Part shown: one piece after another, positions 39,711 through 48,048 of the stretch
Layout: each line of letters starts with the position of its first letter
Position numbering within the stretch: position 1 is the stretch's first letter
IMG/VR virus record: IMGVR_UViG_3300030059_002282
Location: 1 to 52,199 of that record
Source: a virus
Taxonomy: Duplodnaviria; Caudoviricetes
Direction: 5' to 3' (one strand)
DNA length: 52,199 nucleotides
The notes under the pieces: generated by a model
What the model saw: the letters and a program-made list of their open reading frames with translations, nothing else
Database searches by the model: none
Told to the model about the DNA's origin: nothing
Made by a program: the position numbers and the translations under genes

Positions 39711-39849
39711 AAACCCTTCCCTCAGATTTTAACCAATCATACATATATGATAATTCGTTTGCTTTTTCTTTATTTCCACAATTCCGTGCTTCACTGTATA
39801 AAGCATCTAGTAGTGCAAGTATTTTCTTTTTAGCTATTTTCTCTGTCAT
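39703..39849 (-). CDS. 48-aa hypothetical protein (not in ORF track)
   Basis: MTEKIAKKKILALLDALYSEA...EGRVYE; fills the gap in the operon. Confidence 0.5.
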   Translation of the reverse strand: MTEKIAKKKILALLDALYSEARNCGNKEKANELSYMYDWLKSEGRVYE

Positions 39850-40135
39850 TATCTTTACCCTTTAACTGCTCCTGCATCGCATTACATTTATTGGTTAAAC
39901 GCTGAACCTCTTTCTCAAGCTCGATCCGCGTATTCATTAGGCTGTCAGCGGATTCTATTAGCAGTGCATTCTCATCGGTTAAACGCTTAACCTCTGCCTC
40001 TAACGTTCTAGCGTCATCTGCTGCTTGCGCAATATGACAAGCCCTTTCGCCGTCCTGCTCTGTGTATCTAAATATGTCCAGCTTCTGAGAAACAGACGCC
40101 CCAAACAGATTTGTTTCTTTAGGTTCATTACTCAT
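39830..40135 (-). CDS. Coiled-coil accessory protein, partly paralogous to 39261-39710
   Basis: AEVKRLTDE, KEVQRLTNK, AMQEQL. Confidence 0.65.
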   Translation of the reverse strand: MSNEPKETNLFGASVSQKLDIFRYTEQDGERACHIAQAADDARTLEAEVKRLTDENALLIESADSLMNTRIELEKEVQRLTNKCNAMQEQLKGKDNDRENS

Positions 40136-40398
40136 ACATCACTCCCTTTATCCTGTGTGCGGGTGTTCCAATCCGAAACAGCTTCCGCTATTGCTCTATC
40201 GACATATTTCTGGCTGTACCGGAATGTTGTATTGCTCCACGAATCATCTTCTTGGCGCTCTTCAAGAGTCATAAGGTCGCAGATTTGTATAGACACATAG
40301 GCAAAACAGCACCCCAAATCATCGTAGCAAGTGCCAGCCTCATACTCGGGTACTTCTGGCGTATCACCACAAAACGGGCAAGGCTTTAATTCACTCAT
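40132..40398 (-). CDS. Lar-like restriction alleviation / Zn-finger protein
   Basis: MSELKPCPFCG...WNTR. Confidence 0.7.
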   Translation of the reverse strand: MSELKPCPFCGDTPEVPEYEAGTCYDDLGCCFAYVSIQICDLMTLEERQEDDSWSNTTFRYSQKYVDRAIAEAVSDWNTRTQDKGSDV

Positions 40399-40565
40399 AC
40401 ATCACTCCCTTTATCATTTGGTATGGGTATCCAACCATTTTGGCACTCTGTGTCTACCCTGTGGTAGCTGCCGGTGACAGTGATTGCCCCCGATGAAATT
40501 GTCAGGTCAATCTCACAGTCAGAGGCATGATCGAGTGGTGCTGCTGGCTTATCTCCGTTATTCAT
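40395..40565 (-). CDS. 56-aa chimeric mini-protein containing 21 aa of the 33616-34110 virion protein (not in ORF track)
   Basis: MNNGDKPAAPLDHASDCEI-DLTISSGAITVTGSYHRVDTE-CQNGWIPIPNDKGSDV; gggag RBS; ATGA overlap with the Lar-like gene. Confidence 0.6.
   Translation of the reverse strand: MNNGDKPAAPLDHASDCEIDLTISSGAITVTGSYHRVDTECQNGWIPIPNDKGSDV
40447..40508. repeat. 62-bp exact dispersed copy of 33851-33912
   Basis: tctgtgtctaccctgtggtagctgccggtgacagtgattgcccccgatgaaattgtcaggtc at both sites. Confidence 0.95.
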
Positions 40566-40653
40566 ACATTACTCCCTTTATCATTTGGTATGGGTATCCA
40601 ACCATTTTGGCACCCTGTGTTAATTCTACTTTCATAGTTCGCTCACCTTCGTG

Positions 40654-41799
40654 TTATGGCGCAACAGTAACCCTTGAGACTTCGCCCTTTAGCTTGTCAT
40701 AAGTTATAGCCCGCATTCCCCGCCTTGATACCCAACCGCCACGTGTCGCGTATGCGTCCCTTGGTGCGCCCGTGGGGTGCCGCTCAACAATAGCCCCGCC
40801 ACATTCCGCCATGTCTTGCTCGGTTTGGTGCAGGTGTCCTGTGTGAATGTAGCAATAGACCGCCTCGCCCCACATTGATCGGTATCTAGGTTCAGAAGCA
40901 AACAATTCTGGAAGCTGTTTATTCTTCTTTTTGTGGCCGTGGTGAAACGCAAGCATAATTTTACCGTGTAGGTAGGCGTAATAAGGAAAGGGCGTATCAT
41001 CAACCTCGACCCGAGGGTTGTTGCTAAATACTGTTTTCATGCACTTTCTAAGCCACACACTAGACGCTAGATCGTGATTCCCCTCACAGATCAGCAGCCG
41101 AACCTTTTTATGCTTTTCTAGCAGTCGTTGAGTTGAATTTATGCAAAGTGAAATCGCAATTTCAACAAGTTTATCGAATCGACTATCAGCGTCTAATACG
41201 TTTTGGTGCATGGGTGTTACCGCGTCGAGGCCATCCCAATGCAGGAAGTCTCCCTGTATATTCAGAATAGCAAGCTCGCTATCTGGTGATCCTACCGCCA
41301 TTTGACCCAAGGATTCGTTGAGCGTGTTCTGAGCTATCTTTAGATCCCAATCCTCGCCAGACTCTTTACCCCAGGAGAACATCCCAAGGTGATAGTCTGT
41401 GAAGGTGTAAAGTGTGCAGAGGTCTGCTATCACTTTCTTTGGGGCTTTTATCTTAGGCGCAACAGGTAAGCCCTTGGCTAGAACCGTTACCACCCGCTCC
41501 AGTGATTCGATTTGCTTTTGCTTGTCAACGTCCGTCTTGATCCAGCGCGAACCGCTTGCAGTCTTTTCGAGTGTTGATACGCCCTTGAGGTGGTAGCCCT
41601 CTGGGGCGCCCTCTGTGTGCATGTCAGGGTTTTTTCTAGCAGCCCTATGTTTGACCTTAGTTATCTGCTCACCAACCGTAGACTTCCCCTTGCCACACGC
41701 TCTAGCCGCCTCTGCCATATTGCAGCCATTAGCTAGGTATGCTTTTATGTAGGTGGTTTCCAGATCGGTCTCACAGTATTCAAGTAGCAAATTACTCAT
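40654..41799 (-). CDS. HTH plus calcineurin-like metallophosphoesterase
   Basis: N-terminal NMAEAARACGKGKSTV; DYHLG, GDFLH, GNHD, HHGH, GHLH. Confidence 0.85.
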   Translation of the reverse strand: MSNLLLEYCETDLETTYIKAYLANGCNMAEAARACGKGKSTVGEQITKVKHRAARKNPDMHTEGAPEGYHLKGVSTLEKTASGSRWIKTDVDKQKQIESLERVVTVLAKGLPVAPKIKAPKKVIADLCTLYTFTDYHLGMFSWGKESGEDWDLKIAQNTLNESLGQMAVGSPDSELAILNIQGDFLHWDGLDAVTPMHQNVLDADSRFDKLVEIAISLCINSTQRLLEKHKKVRLLICEGNHDLASSVWLRKCMKTVFSNNPRVEVDDTPFPYYAYLHGKIMLAFHHGHKKKNKQLPELFASEPRYRSMWGEAVYCYIHTGHLHQTEQDMAECGGAIVERHPTGAPRDAYATRGGWVSRRGMRAITYDKLKGEVSRVTVAP

Positions 41800-42149
41800 A
41801 TTCGTATTCCTATCGTCGCAAACTTCTCGCCTGTCTCGGTGTAGTGGTTCCAGTTACGCCGCAAGTCGTCAGGGTCGTATTCGCTCATTTTCTTGCCGTC
41901 CGTGCGCTTGTGAACGCTCATAATTGACTCGGCATTGATCGAAAAATGATCGTATTTGGAAATCCAACAACCGCAAGCGGTCGAACGGCCGTTATCGTAA
42001 ACCCACTGTTTAGGCTCTAGGTTGCATTTCGGGCAAACTTCCCAATCACCTTTGACCGCCTCGAATGCGTCAATACAATTCAAAAATGAGTGCGTTGGGT
42101 ATTCGTTGTACTTGGAGACATCACAATTCTTACCTTTACAGTCTCTCAT
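41796..42149 (-). CDS. Cys-rich hypothetical protein
   Basis: CPKC, CGC; strong RBS. Confidence 0.65.
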   Translation of the reverse strand: MRDCKGKNCDVSKYNEYPTHSFLNCIDAFEAVKGDWEVCPKCNLEPKQWVYDNGRSTACGCWISKYDHFSINAESIMSVHKRTDGKKMSEYDPDDLRRNWNHYTETGEKFATIGIRI

Positions 42150-42166
42150 ACAGTCTCTCCTAGTAA

Positions 42167-42421
42167 CTAAAGATCGGGGTGTGTTATTTCTGTCACTTCC
42201 AGAATGGATGTTTTCACAACCTGGAAGTTAATTTTCATTTCTCGCGCCTCTTCGCGGTTGGCTGCATCCAACTTGATTGCATCCAAAGCACCTTCCCGAG
42301 TCAAGAAAAGGTTTTGACGACGATTAAGAGGATTCCAACCCCACAACCAACCTTTTATTAATGTGAAATACGAAGGGGGAGCATTATGACGTTCAACCAC
42401 TTTCAGTGCGTAACGTTTCAT
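42167..42421 (-). CDS. Hypothetical protein
   Basis: 84 aa, ATGA overlap. Confidence 0.6.
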   Translation of the reverse strand: MKRYALKVVERHNAPPSYFTLIKGWLWGWNPLNRRQNLFLTREGALDAIKLDAANREEAREMKINFQVVKTSILEVTEITHPDL

Positions 42422-42621
42422 TTACCCTCTCCCAATGCTGCATCCTTCGGTACTGCAATCAGCTTGCATTCCTGATCGCGTGAGAGTTCCGCTTCACACG
42501 CTTCGAGTAGTGGCCGGTACAGGTCTATTTGGTATTGGCGCGTCATCAGGCCGGTAAAAAAGCAGGAAAATAGAATCAGGTAGAGAGCTCCTTTCATGCT
42601 GAAATCGTTTCGGTTACTCAT
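42418..42621 (-). CDS. Small membrane-anchored protein
   Basis: N-terminal hydrophobic helix; ACEAELSRDQECKLIAVP. Confidence 0.65.
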   Translation of the reverse strand: MSNRNDFSMKGALYLILFSCFFTGLMTRQYQIDLYRPLLEACEAELSRDQECKLIAVPKDAALGEGK

Positions 42622-42633
42622 TTACCCTCTCCC
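42418..42633 (-). repeat. 16-bp gene-junction repeat tcatttaccctctccc (42418-42433 and 42618-42633)
   Basis: Identical copies 200 bp apart; encode GEGK-stop plus RBS and ATG. Confidence 0.85.
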
Positions 42634-42857
42634 TGTATCTCAGCGATGGCTTTTGCCAACATATCTTCTAGGGCGGTGATGCGGTCTAACGCTAACTGCA
42701 TATCGGTCTTAGGATCTTCACTGTCGTGCAGGTTAAGAATCCTGTTGCGCTTAACCTCTGCCCATTGTTCGTTTGATAAGTTCTTCATTACTCTATCACC
42801 TGCTGACATATCAATGCGTGCGGAGATGTGCTGTCCAATTCTCGTCCAAATGATCAT
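42618..42857 (-). CDS. 79-aa protein containing 13 aa identical to the tailspike
   Basis: ISARIDMSAGDRV shared with 3315-5900; aaggag RBS and ATGA overlap. Confidence 0.65.
   Translation of the reverse strand: MIIWTRIGQHISARIDMSAGDRVMKNLSNEQWAEVKRNRILNLHDSEDPKTDMQLALDRITALEDMLAKAIAEIQGEGK
42790..42827. repeat. 36/38-bp dispersed copy of tailspike 4987-5024
   Basis: actctatcacctgctgacatatcaatKcgtgcggaRat. Confidence 0.9.
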
Positions 42858-43093
42858 TTGCCATACTCCTTATCCTTGCGAGGGTCATCACCAACAGAGA
42901 AGCGCAAGTACCAAACGGCTTTGGCTAAGTCTTGATCTCCATTTTTCTTCTTGTATCGAGTGATGTATTTGAATGAATTAATCACGCAGTAGTCTTTGAC
43001 TGCCTGCTCACCATACATAGCCACCATTGCATCGATGACTTCCACATCTCCATCCAAATAATGGGATGGACTACATACTGCTGAATCGCTCAT
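42854..43093 (-). CDS. DUF3310 / T7 gp1.7-like nucleotide kinase domain protein
   Basis: SPSHY...EVID...NSFKYITRYKKKNGDQDLAKAVWYL. Confidence 0.85.
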   Translation of the reverse strand: MSDSAVCSPSHYLDGDVEVIDAMVAMYGEQAVKDYCVINSFKYITRYKKKNGDQDLAKAVWYLRFSVGDDPRKDKEYGK

Positions 43094-43095
43094 TG

Positions 43096-43560
43096 CTATA
43101 AATCCTTCTTCGTACCGGCGTATATCTTCATGACCTTCTCACCAAAACGAGCCACAAAGTAAAAGCCAAACGCCACTTCGAGCAGACCACTGTACAAACT
43201 GACCCACCGATCCTCAATTGAGAAACCAGCGAACCAGCTGTCAGTGGCAAAGGTTGAAGAATCTAGGTAGGCAAAGAACGTGACCGCCACCAGCAGGAAG
43301 ATCAACGTCGCTGGCCGTATGTTTTTCGACAGCCAGCTGTCCGACTTCATGTCGTTAGCATGTCGGGTGGTGCGCTCGGCTTCCATCTGCCCGACTGATG
43401 ACAGCACGGTAGTGGTCAGGCCAGCGAACACCTTTTCGATCTCAATCTTAGATTTGTTACGCTCATCGTCTGACGTGAATAGTCCGTCCAGTCCAGTCAT
43501 CACAGCACCAGCCGCACCAGCAATCGAACTTACAATTGTATCTTTAACACCCATCATCAT
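43096..43560 (-). CDS. Putative holin (GTA 3TM-holin-like)
   Basis: LFTSDDER...DMKSDSWLSKNIRP followed by transmembrane helices and GFYF..R..EK. Confidence 0.7.
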   Translation of the reverse strand: MMMGVKDTIVSSIAGAAGAVMTGLDGLFTSDDERNKSKIEIEKVFAGLTTTVLSSVGQMEAERTTRHANDMKSDSWLSKNIRPATLIFLLVAVTFFAYLDSSTFATDSWFAGFSIEDRWVSLYSGLLEVAFGFYFVARFGEKVMKIYAGTKKDL

Positions 43561-43632
43561 TCTCCTTTAAATTAGTTGCCCAACCGTGTGCAGGGTCACT
43601 ACTCCACGGTCAGGACTTCGCGCTCAGTAACC

Positions 43633-46011
43633 TTAACCATTTTTGACATTCCCGTCAATCTGTGGTGCGTAGCCCTGTGCCTTGATATATGATCTAGTCA
43701 CATCGGCACAGCTGTTCAGGTTGTTATTAATGTGATCAATCTGTGCGAACAGCTTGGGTTTACCACCTTCCTGCACCACCGCATTGTTGACCCGACCATC
43801 GACCAGTGCAGGGTGCCAGTCGTAGCCGATCCCCCTCATCATGCCTCGACGTTTATTCTGTGGCACCTTACCGGCTGCGCGTATCTTCGTCAGTAACACA
43901 TTCAATGCAATACTGCTCACCCAGCCACCAGCAAACCCAGGTCGCCCCTCATCTATCGCGTCACATATTTCCTGCTCAATACCACCCATGCTTAGTGACA
44001 CAGCTTCTTTGGTGCTGCTGGTCACAGGTGCTCTAACGCATAGGGTTGCTGGATTCAATTCTTCAGGAATCGCAAAGTTGCGGAGAAAATAGTTCATCGC
44101 TTCAAAGCCTCCCTTCTCCCGCAGCCAGTTGTTCATCATTGGGAAGTAGTCACCGGTCATACCGTCACGTCGAAGGTCCATCATAGACTGCTGTGCCATG
44201 AACAGCATTGCATGCCGTCGATTGTCAAAGGTGACACGGATCGCATCTTTGTGGTTGCTCATCATCAGTGTGTTGAACGGTGTGTCGGCCATGTACTGGT
44301 TGCCACCTTTGGACTGCACTTCCATCCTTCCATCCGTGATCATAGGCTTCAGCGCCTCAGTAACCTCGTTACGTTCAGCGACAAATATTTCCTCGATAAT
44401 GATCAGTAGTTTATTAATCATCCAGCCATTGAATTTCAAACCATTACCGGCCAGATCACTTGCTTTGGGTAAGTGGGTATACCGCCAACCAACACAGTGA
44501 GCTAACACCTGTGTGATCATCAACGACTTGCCGTTACCCTCCATGCCCTGAATCACCGGTGCAAATTGGAATTTAACACCTGGGTACTGCACCAACGCCG
44601 CCATGTATGACAGCAGTACCAACCGATCCTGCTCATTTGGGAAGCACAGTGTCAGCCAATCCATCCACGGTTTGATACTGCCCTCTTTGCTTTTAGTCTT
44701 GATCGGCTCATAGGTGTTGACCATTTGACGACCTTCTTCAACAATAATTTGACCGGACCGTAGTTTAGGCCGGAAGCATGAGCCATACACTTTGGGATAT
44801 TTTATAGCCTGACTTTCGGTGAAACACTTCCAAGCATTATCGGTGGTTTTTCCAGCACCACCATTGTCCATCGCAAAATCATAGCCACCAAATTTTGTAC
44901 GAAACTGGTCAGGCTTGAGCATGTCGTAACCCTTCACCCACACTGCATGAATATTACCAATGTAGACACAATCCTTGAAGTAGTCGGCCTGTTGTTCGAT
45001 GGTCATGTATTGGTAGCCGGACACCCCGTCAGGGGGTGGCGGTGGAGGAGGGGAGCCGCTGTCCTGCGCCGGAGAACTCGGTGGTGCCTTCTTCGCCGGA
45101 GCAACGGAGCTGTAGACATCACCACACAGGGCAGCGGCTTTCAAAATGGTCGTCTTGAGATACCCAGGTGGACGTTCCCTTCGATCCCACTTGTCACGCT
45201 TGAGTGCTGACCGGCGCATAATACGCTCGATACGCCCACAGTCTTTGCCCGTCCAGAATGCTAGTCGTGCAGCCAGTGACGCATCGGCTGCACTTTCATC
45301 ATACCCCTCAGCCAGCCCACCGTGAAATAAATCTTTGAAGGTAGCCTTACCACCGAACGCAGCAGCTGCACTGACGGTCGCACAAGCCTTATCAATCAAT
45401 ACGTTGTCGTCGTCTGGCCCCTTCCACTCAGCGACTGGCACGGTGGTCCAGTTGGCCGGTGACAGTGCACCACCTGCAAATGGTTTGAAGTGATTATCCA
45501 CCAGCCACGGCAATAAGATCGTGCAGTCAGTGCTACAGGGTTCCTCATTGAGCATGTTACCGGTCAATGCAACGAACCGTAGTTGAGTATAGAACTCCAT
45601 GCCGTTGGGTGTGTCGCGTGTGCCGTGATCAGGACAGTCACCCGTGCCAAAGATATGCAACCCCTGACCCGACTGGCTGACTTCAATGGCACAACCGGCG
45701 AACATCTGCATCATCTGACTGGCGATGGGTGACATGCTGGTTGGCTCGATGCAATTATCAATGTCGAGGAACCAGAATGGATCGGCCTTGGTAAACACAA
45801 AGCCAACCGCATAGTCATCGCCTAACACATTGGCAGTGTCGATGGCTGTCTGTGCGTCCATCCAGATCGATTTGTCATGTGGATCGTGGGCGTTCATCGT
45901 GCTGACATTGATCGGCACCTTACGCGCCTTTGGGGTGTCAGGCACCAGCTGCCAGATGATGAATTGTTTGTAATCTCCGAGTGGTATCAATCCCTTGGGT
46001 AGTTGCTCCAT
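43633..46011 (-). CDS. NrS-1-like primase-polymerase / helix-bundle / SF3 helicase
   Basis: FLDIDNC, EVSQSGQGLHIF, RFVALTG; SAADASLAARLAFWTGKD...RDKWDR; Walker A GMEGNGKS; IIEEI; SNH. Confidence 0.88.
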   Translation of the reverse strand: MEQLPKGLIPLGDYKQFIIWQLVPDTPKARKVPINVSTMNAHDPHDKSIWMDAQTAIDTANVLGDDYAVGFVFTKADPFWFLDIDNCIEPTSMSPIASQMMQMFAGCAIEVSQSGQGLHIFGTGDCPDHGTRDTPNGMEFYTQLRFVALTGNMLNEEPCSTDCTILLPWLVDNHFKPFAGGALSPANWTTVPVAEWKGPDDDNVLIDKACATVSAAAAFGGKATFKDLFHGGLAEGYDESAADASLAARLAFWTGKDCGRIERIMRRSALKRDKWDRRERPPGYLKTTILKAAALCGDVYSSVAPAKKAPPSSPAQDSGSPPPPPPPDGVSGYQYMTIEQQADYFKDCVYIGNIHAVWVKGYDMLKPDQFRTKFGGYDFAMDNGGAGKTTDNAWKCFTESQAIKYPKVYGSCFRPKLRSGQIIVEEGRQMVNTYEPIKTKSKEGSIKPWMDWLTLCFPNEQDRLVLLSYMAALVQYPGVKFQFAPVIQGMEGNGKSLMITQVLAHCVGWRYTHLPKASDLAGNGLKFNGWMINKLLIIIEEIFVAERNEVTEALKPMITDGRMEVQSKGGNQYMADTPFNTLMMSNHKDAIRVTFDNRRHAMLFMAQQSMMDLRRDGMTGDYFPMMNNWLREKGGFEAMNYFLRNFAIPEELNPATLCVRAPVTSSTKEAVSLSMGGIEQEICDAIDEGRPGFAGGWVSSIALNVLLTKIRAAGKVPQNKRRGMMRGIGYDWHPALVDGRVNNAVVQEGGKPKLFAQIDHINNNLNSCADVTRSYIKAQGYAPQIDGNVKNG

Positions 46012-46013
46012 GC

Positions 46014-46307
46014 CTACACCCCAATCTGTGCGATGGCTTTATCCTTGAGATGCTGTGGTGCTTTCATCGCATGGCGATCTTTCAGCGCCAGCCCTTGACC
46101 GACAATGGCCGCATCTTCAATACGGATTGCCTCCTTCATGATCGACCGCTTGAGCTGTATCATGGTCGTCCAGTGGTTGGATACCAGTCCGTTGGCAACC
46201 CCTGCATTGCCAGCCAGTTCATCACGACGCACATTCATATAACCTACACGTCGAGCCAATTTAATGGCGTGCGTCATGATTTGTTGTCTTCGATCTGCTT
46301 TCTTCAT
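46014..46307 (-). CDS. TetR-like HTH DNA-binding protein
   Basis: RRQQIMTHAIKLARRVGYMNVRRDELAGNAGVANGLVSNHWTT. Confidence 0.65.
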   Translation of the reverse strand: MKKADRRQQIMTHAIKLARRVGYMNVRRDELAGNAGVANGLVSNHWTTMIQLKRSIMKEAIRIEDAAIVGQGLALKDRHAMKAPQHLKDKAIAQIGV

Positions 46308-46705
46308 TTCACTAATTCCTTTTTTGCATTTGCTGTTGTAATCATTCGACCGTACAACGGTGCAGCTAACCGTTGGGCGACATGTTTGAGCGCCATTCTC
46401 CGACCGAACCGATTGGGGGCATTGGACACCATGTGTTGGTACTCAGCACGGTGTGCTAGTGTTTCTTCATACAGCCTGAATGCCTTGTTAGACAGGTACA
46501 AGTCCCACCATGACTCAGCACTCTCATGCTGCATTTGCTGAATGCCGTGCATTTCCTCATGGGCGATCAGCTGTGGTGCTATGACGACATCCATCGGGTT
46601 GTAGATCGTGTCACCGTAGGCGTACAGGATCGACTTGTGACGCAATGGTCCGAACACCCTGTCGATCTGTTCAAAGTTTGGTGGATAATCAACTATTATC
46701 TTCAT
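46304..46705 (-). CDS. HExxH zincin-like protein
   Basis: YGDTIYNP...IAHEEMHGIQQ...EETLAH. Confidence 0.65.
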   Translation of the reverse strand: MKIIVDYPPNFEQIDRVFGPLRHKSILYAYGDTIYNPMDVVIAPQLIAHEEMHGIQQMQHESAESWWDLYLSNKAFRLYEETLAHRAEYQHMVSNAPNRFGRRMALKHVAQRLAAPLYGRMITTANAKKELVK

Positions 46706-46868
46706 TTAACGCCTCCAAACTCTTAGATAACGCTTCCACCAACCCGACACCTTCTGGTCCAAACTTTTCAATCAACTGCACACAACGGCGTTGTTGCATT
46801 GGTGTCAACTGCTCACCGCTTACCGTTAGTTTGTGCTTAATGTCGGCGTCATCTGTTGTCTCAGTCAT
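46689..46868 (-). CDS. 59-aa hypothetical protein (not in ORF track)
   Basis: MTETTDDADIKHKL...EDNS; ATGA overlap with the nuclease stop. Confidence 0.5.
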   Translation of the reverse strand: MTETTDDADIKHKLTVSGEQLTPMQQRRCVQLIEKFGPEGVGLVEALSKSLEALNEDNS

Positions 46869-47311
46869 AACGTTCCTTCTCCGGTTGCAAATCCAGCATC
46901 ACCACCTTTCGATAATACCAATTCAATAAATTTTAATTGTGCGGCTTCTCGTGCTGTGCCGGTGTACCGCCACCCAGGTTGCTTGACCTCACGGCAGATA
47001 AACTGACCACCGTCACGGATGCCGATCAGGTCGCTGGACTTGATCCGCTTGTTCATCGCTGCACTGTCGTTTGCCAGCCCATAGCGAATGAAATTTCCGT
47101 TGTCATCTTGGTAGCCACCATTGTTGTTGCGCCATAGAACTGTGCCTATCGCAGCTGCCTCAACTCTTATGGCTGACTGTGCACCCGCTTCAGTGTGCAA
47201 CACCCGACCGTCTTCAAGTTGTACCGTGCCGGACAGTCCCATCTCAGCCTTCATATCGACAATGGCAGCGAGTGGTATCTGCCATTTGATGGCCCACTTG
47301 TTGAGGTTCAT
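46865..47311 (-). CDS. VRR-NUC-like PD-(D/E)xK endonuclease
   Basis: LWRNNNG...RYGL...SSDLIG...EVK...QLKFI...GGDAGF; likely start MNLNKW. Confidence 0.8.
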   Translation of the reverse strand: MNLNKWAIKWQIPLAAIVDMKAEMGLSGTVQLEDGRVLHTEAGAQSAIRVEAAAIGTVLWRNNNGGYQDDNGNFIRYGLANDSAAMNKRIKSSDLIGIRDGGQFICREVKQPGWRYTGTAREAAQLKFIELVLSKGGDAGFATGEGTL

Positions 47312-47490
47312 TTGAGTAGTACAGCTAACACTATCAACGATGCGAAAGCGCACACCCATAGCAATATGGTTTCACCTCTCTCATCGTAGTTGTTACATTG
47401 AGGCTCCACCAATGTGGTGTCCCATTCTTTATGACAGGTCACACAGGTTACGATGTCGCCACACTTATTGAATCTGCAAGTTTTTATCAT
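47308..47490 (-). CDS. Small Cys-rich membrane-anchored protein
   Basis: MIKTCRF...CVTC with C-terminal hydrophobic helix. Confidence 0.55.
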   Translation of the reverse strand: MIKTCRFNKCGDIVTCVTCHKEWDTTLVEPQCNNYDERGETILLWVCAFASLIVLAVLLK

Positions 47491-47494
47491 GCTG

Positions 47495-47725
47495 TTACTC
47501 CCTTTCAAATTCGTTAGGCACATCGGCCCAAATCAACGCGACTGCTCGATATTTGTCTATCAAGGCTTGGTGTTGTCGGCCATACCATGAGTCTGGGTTT
47601 GGCAATAATTCAAGGCTGTGCTGAAACTCGTAGATTCTTTGCTGATTTTCTTTTCTGTTGGCTCTTACGGTTACTCCGTACATGCTGATGGCAGTAGGGC
47701 CTGTAGCTTTATCTCCGTTATTCAT
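47495..47725 (-). CDS. Hypothetical protein
   Basis: MNNGDK start, ATGA overlap. Confidence 0.6.
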   Translation of the reverse strand: MNNGDKATGPTAISMYGVTVRANRKENQQRIYEFQHSLELLPNPDSWYGRQHQALIDKYRAVALIWADVPNEFERE

Positions 47726-48048
47726 GCTGTTGCTCCAAACACTGGAACATCATCGTAGGCACCATCTGCTTCGGGATCGAACAGGTCGATACTGTGACCG
47801 TCCCACTTAGCCTTCTTGCACCACCCAAAATCAGAAACCACCTCGATATTCCATGCTTCGAGGATTATCTTTAACCTATCCCAGTCAACTGCATCAACCT
47901 GTCGAATTCTGTAAACTAAAATATCAATATCTTTGCGCTCACCGTCGCTGTACAAACAGCCACCGGTCAGTGCAACATGACCACCGCACAATGCTGCTAA
48001 CGGTTCCATTCTTCTGCATAACTCAAGTGCATTCTGTAAATTGCTCAT
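47722..48048 (-). CDS. Minimal pol-beta-type nucleotidyltransferase-like protein
   Basis: ALTGGCLY...KDIDILV...IDLF (GG, DxD and a third Asp). Confidence 0.6.
   Translation of the reverse strand: MSNLQNALELCRRMEPLAALCGGHVALTGGCLYSDGERKDIDILVYRIRQVDAVDWDRLKIILEAWNIEVVSDFGWCKKAKWDGHSIDLFDPEADGAYDDVPVFGATA

Larger units (their letters stand above)
39266..40620 (-). repeat. GATAAAGGGAGT(G/A)ATG gene-junction repeat family, four copies (39266, 40130, 40393, 40562); the last two share 52 bp with 1 mismatch
   Basis: Direct sequence comparison; the repeat carries an RBS and stop/start overlap. Confidence 0.9.

Noticed and set aside
33851-40508. Diversity-generating retroelement TR/VR pair (as in BPP-1)
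   Set aside because: No reverse transcriptase; this pair is identical, and the 38-bp pair has only two synonymous differences in mid-gene rather than in a C-terminal variable region
40393-40620. CRISPR mini-array with a self-targeting spacer
   Set aside because: Only two long copies, a repeat over 50 bp, a ~110-bp insert, an RBS/start inside the repeat, and no cas operon
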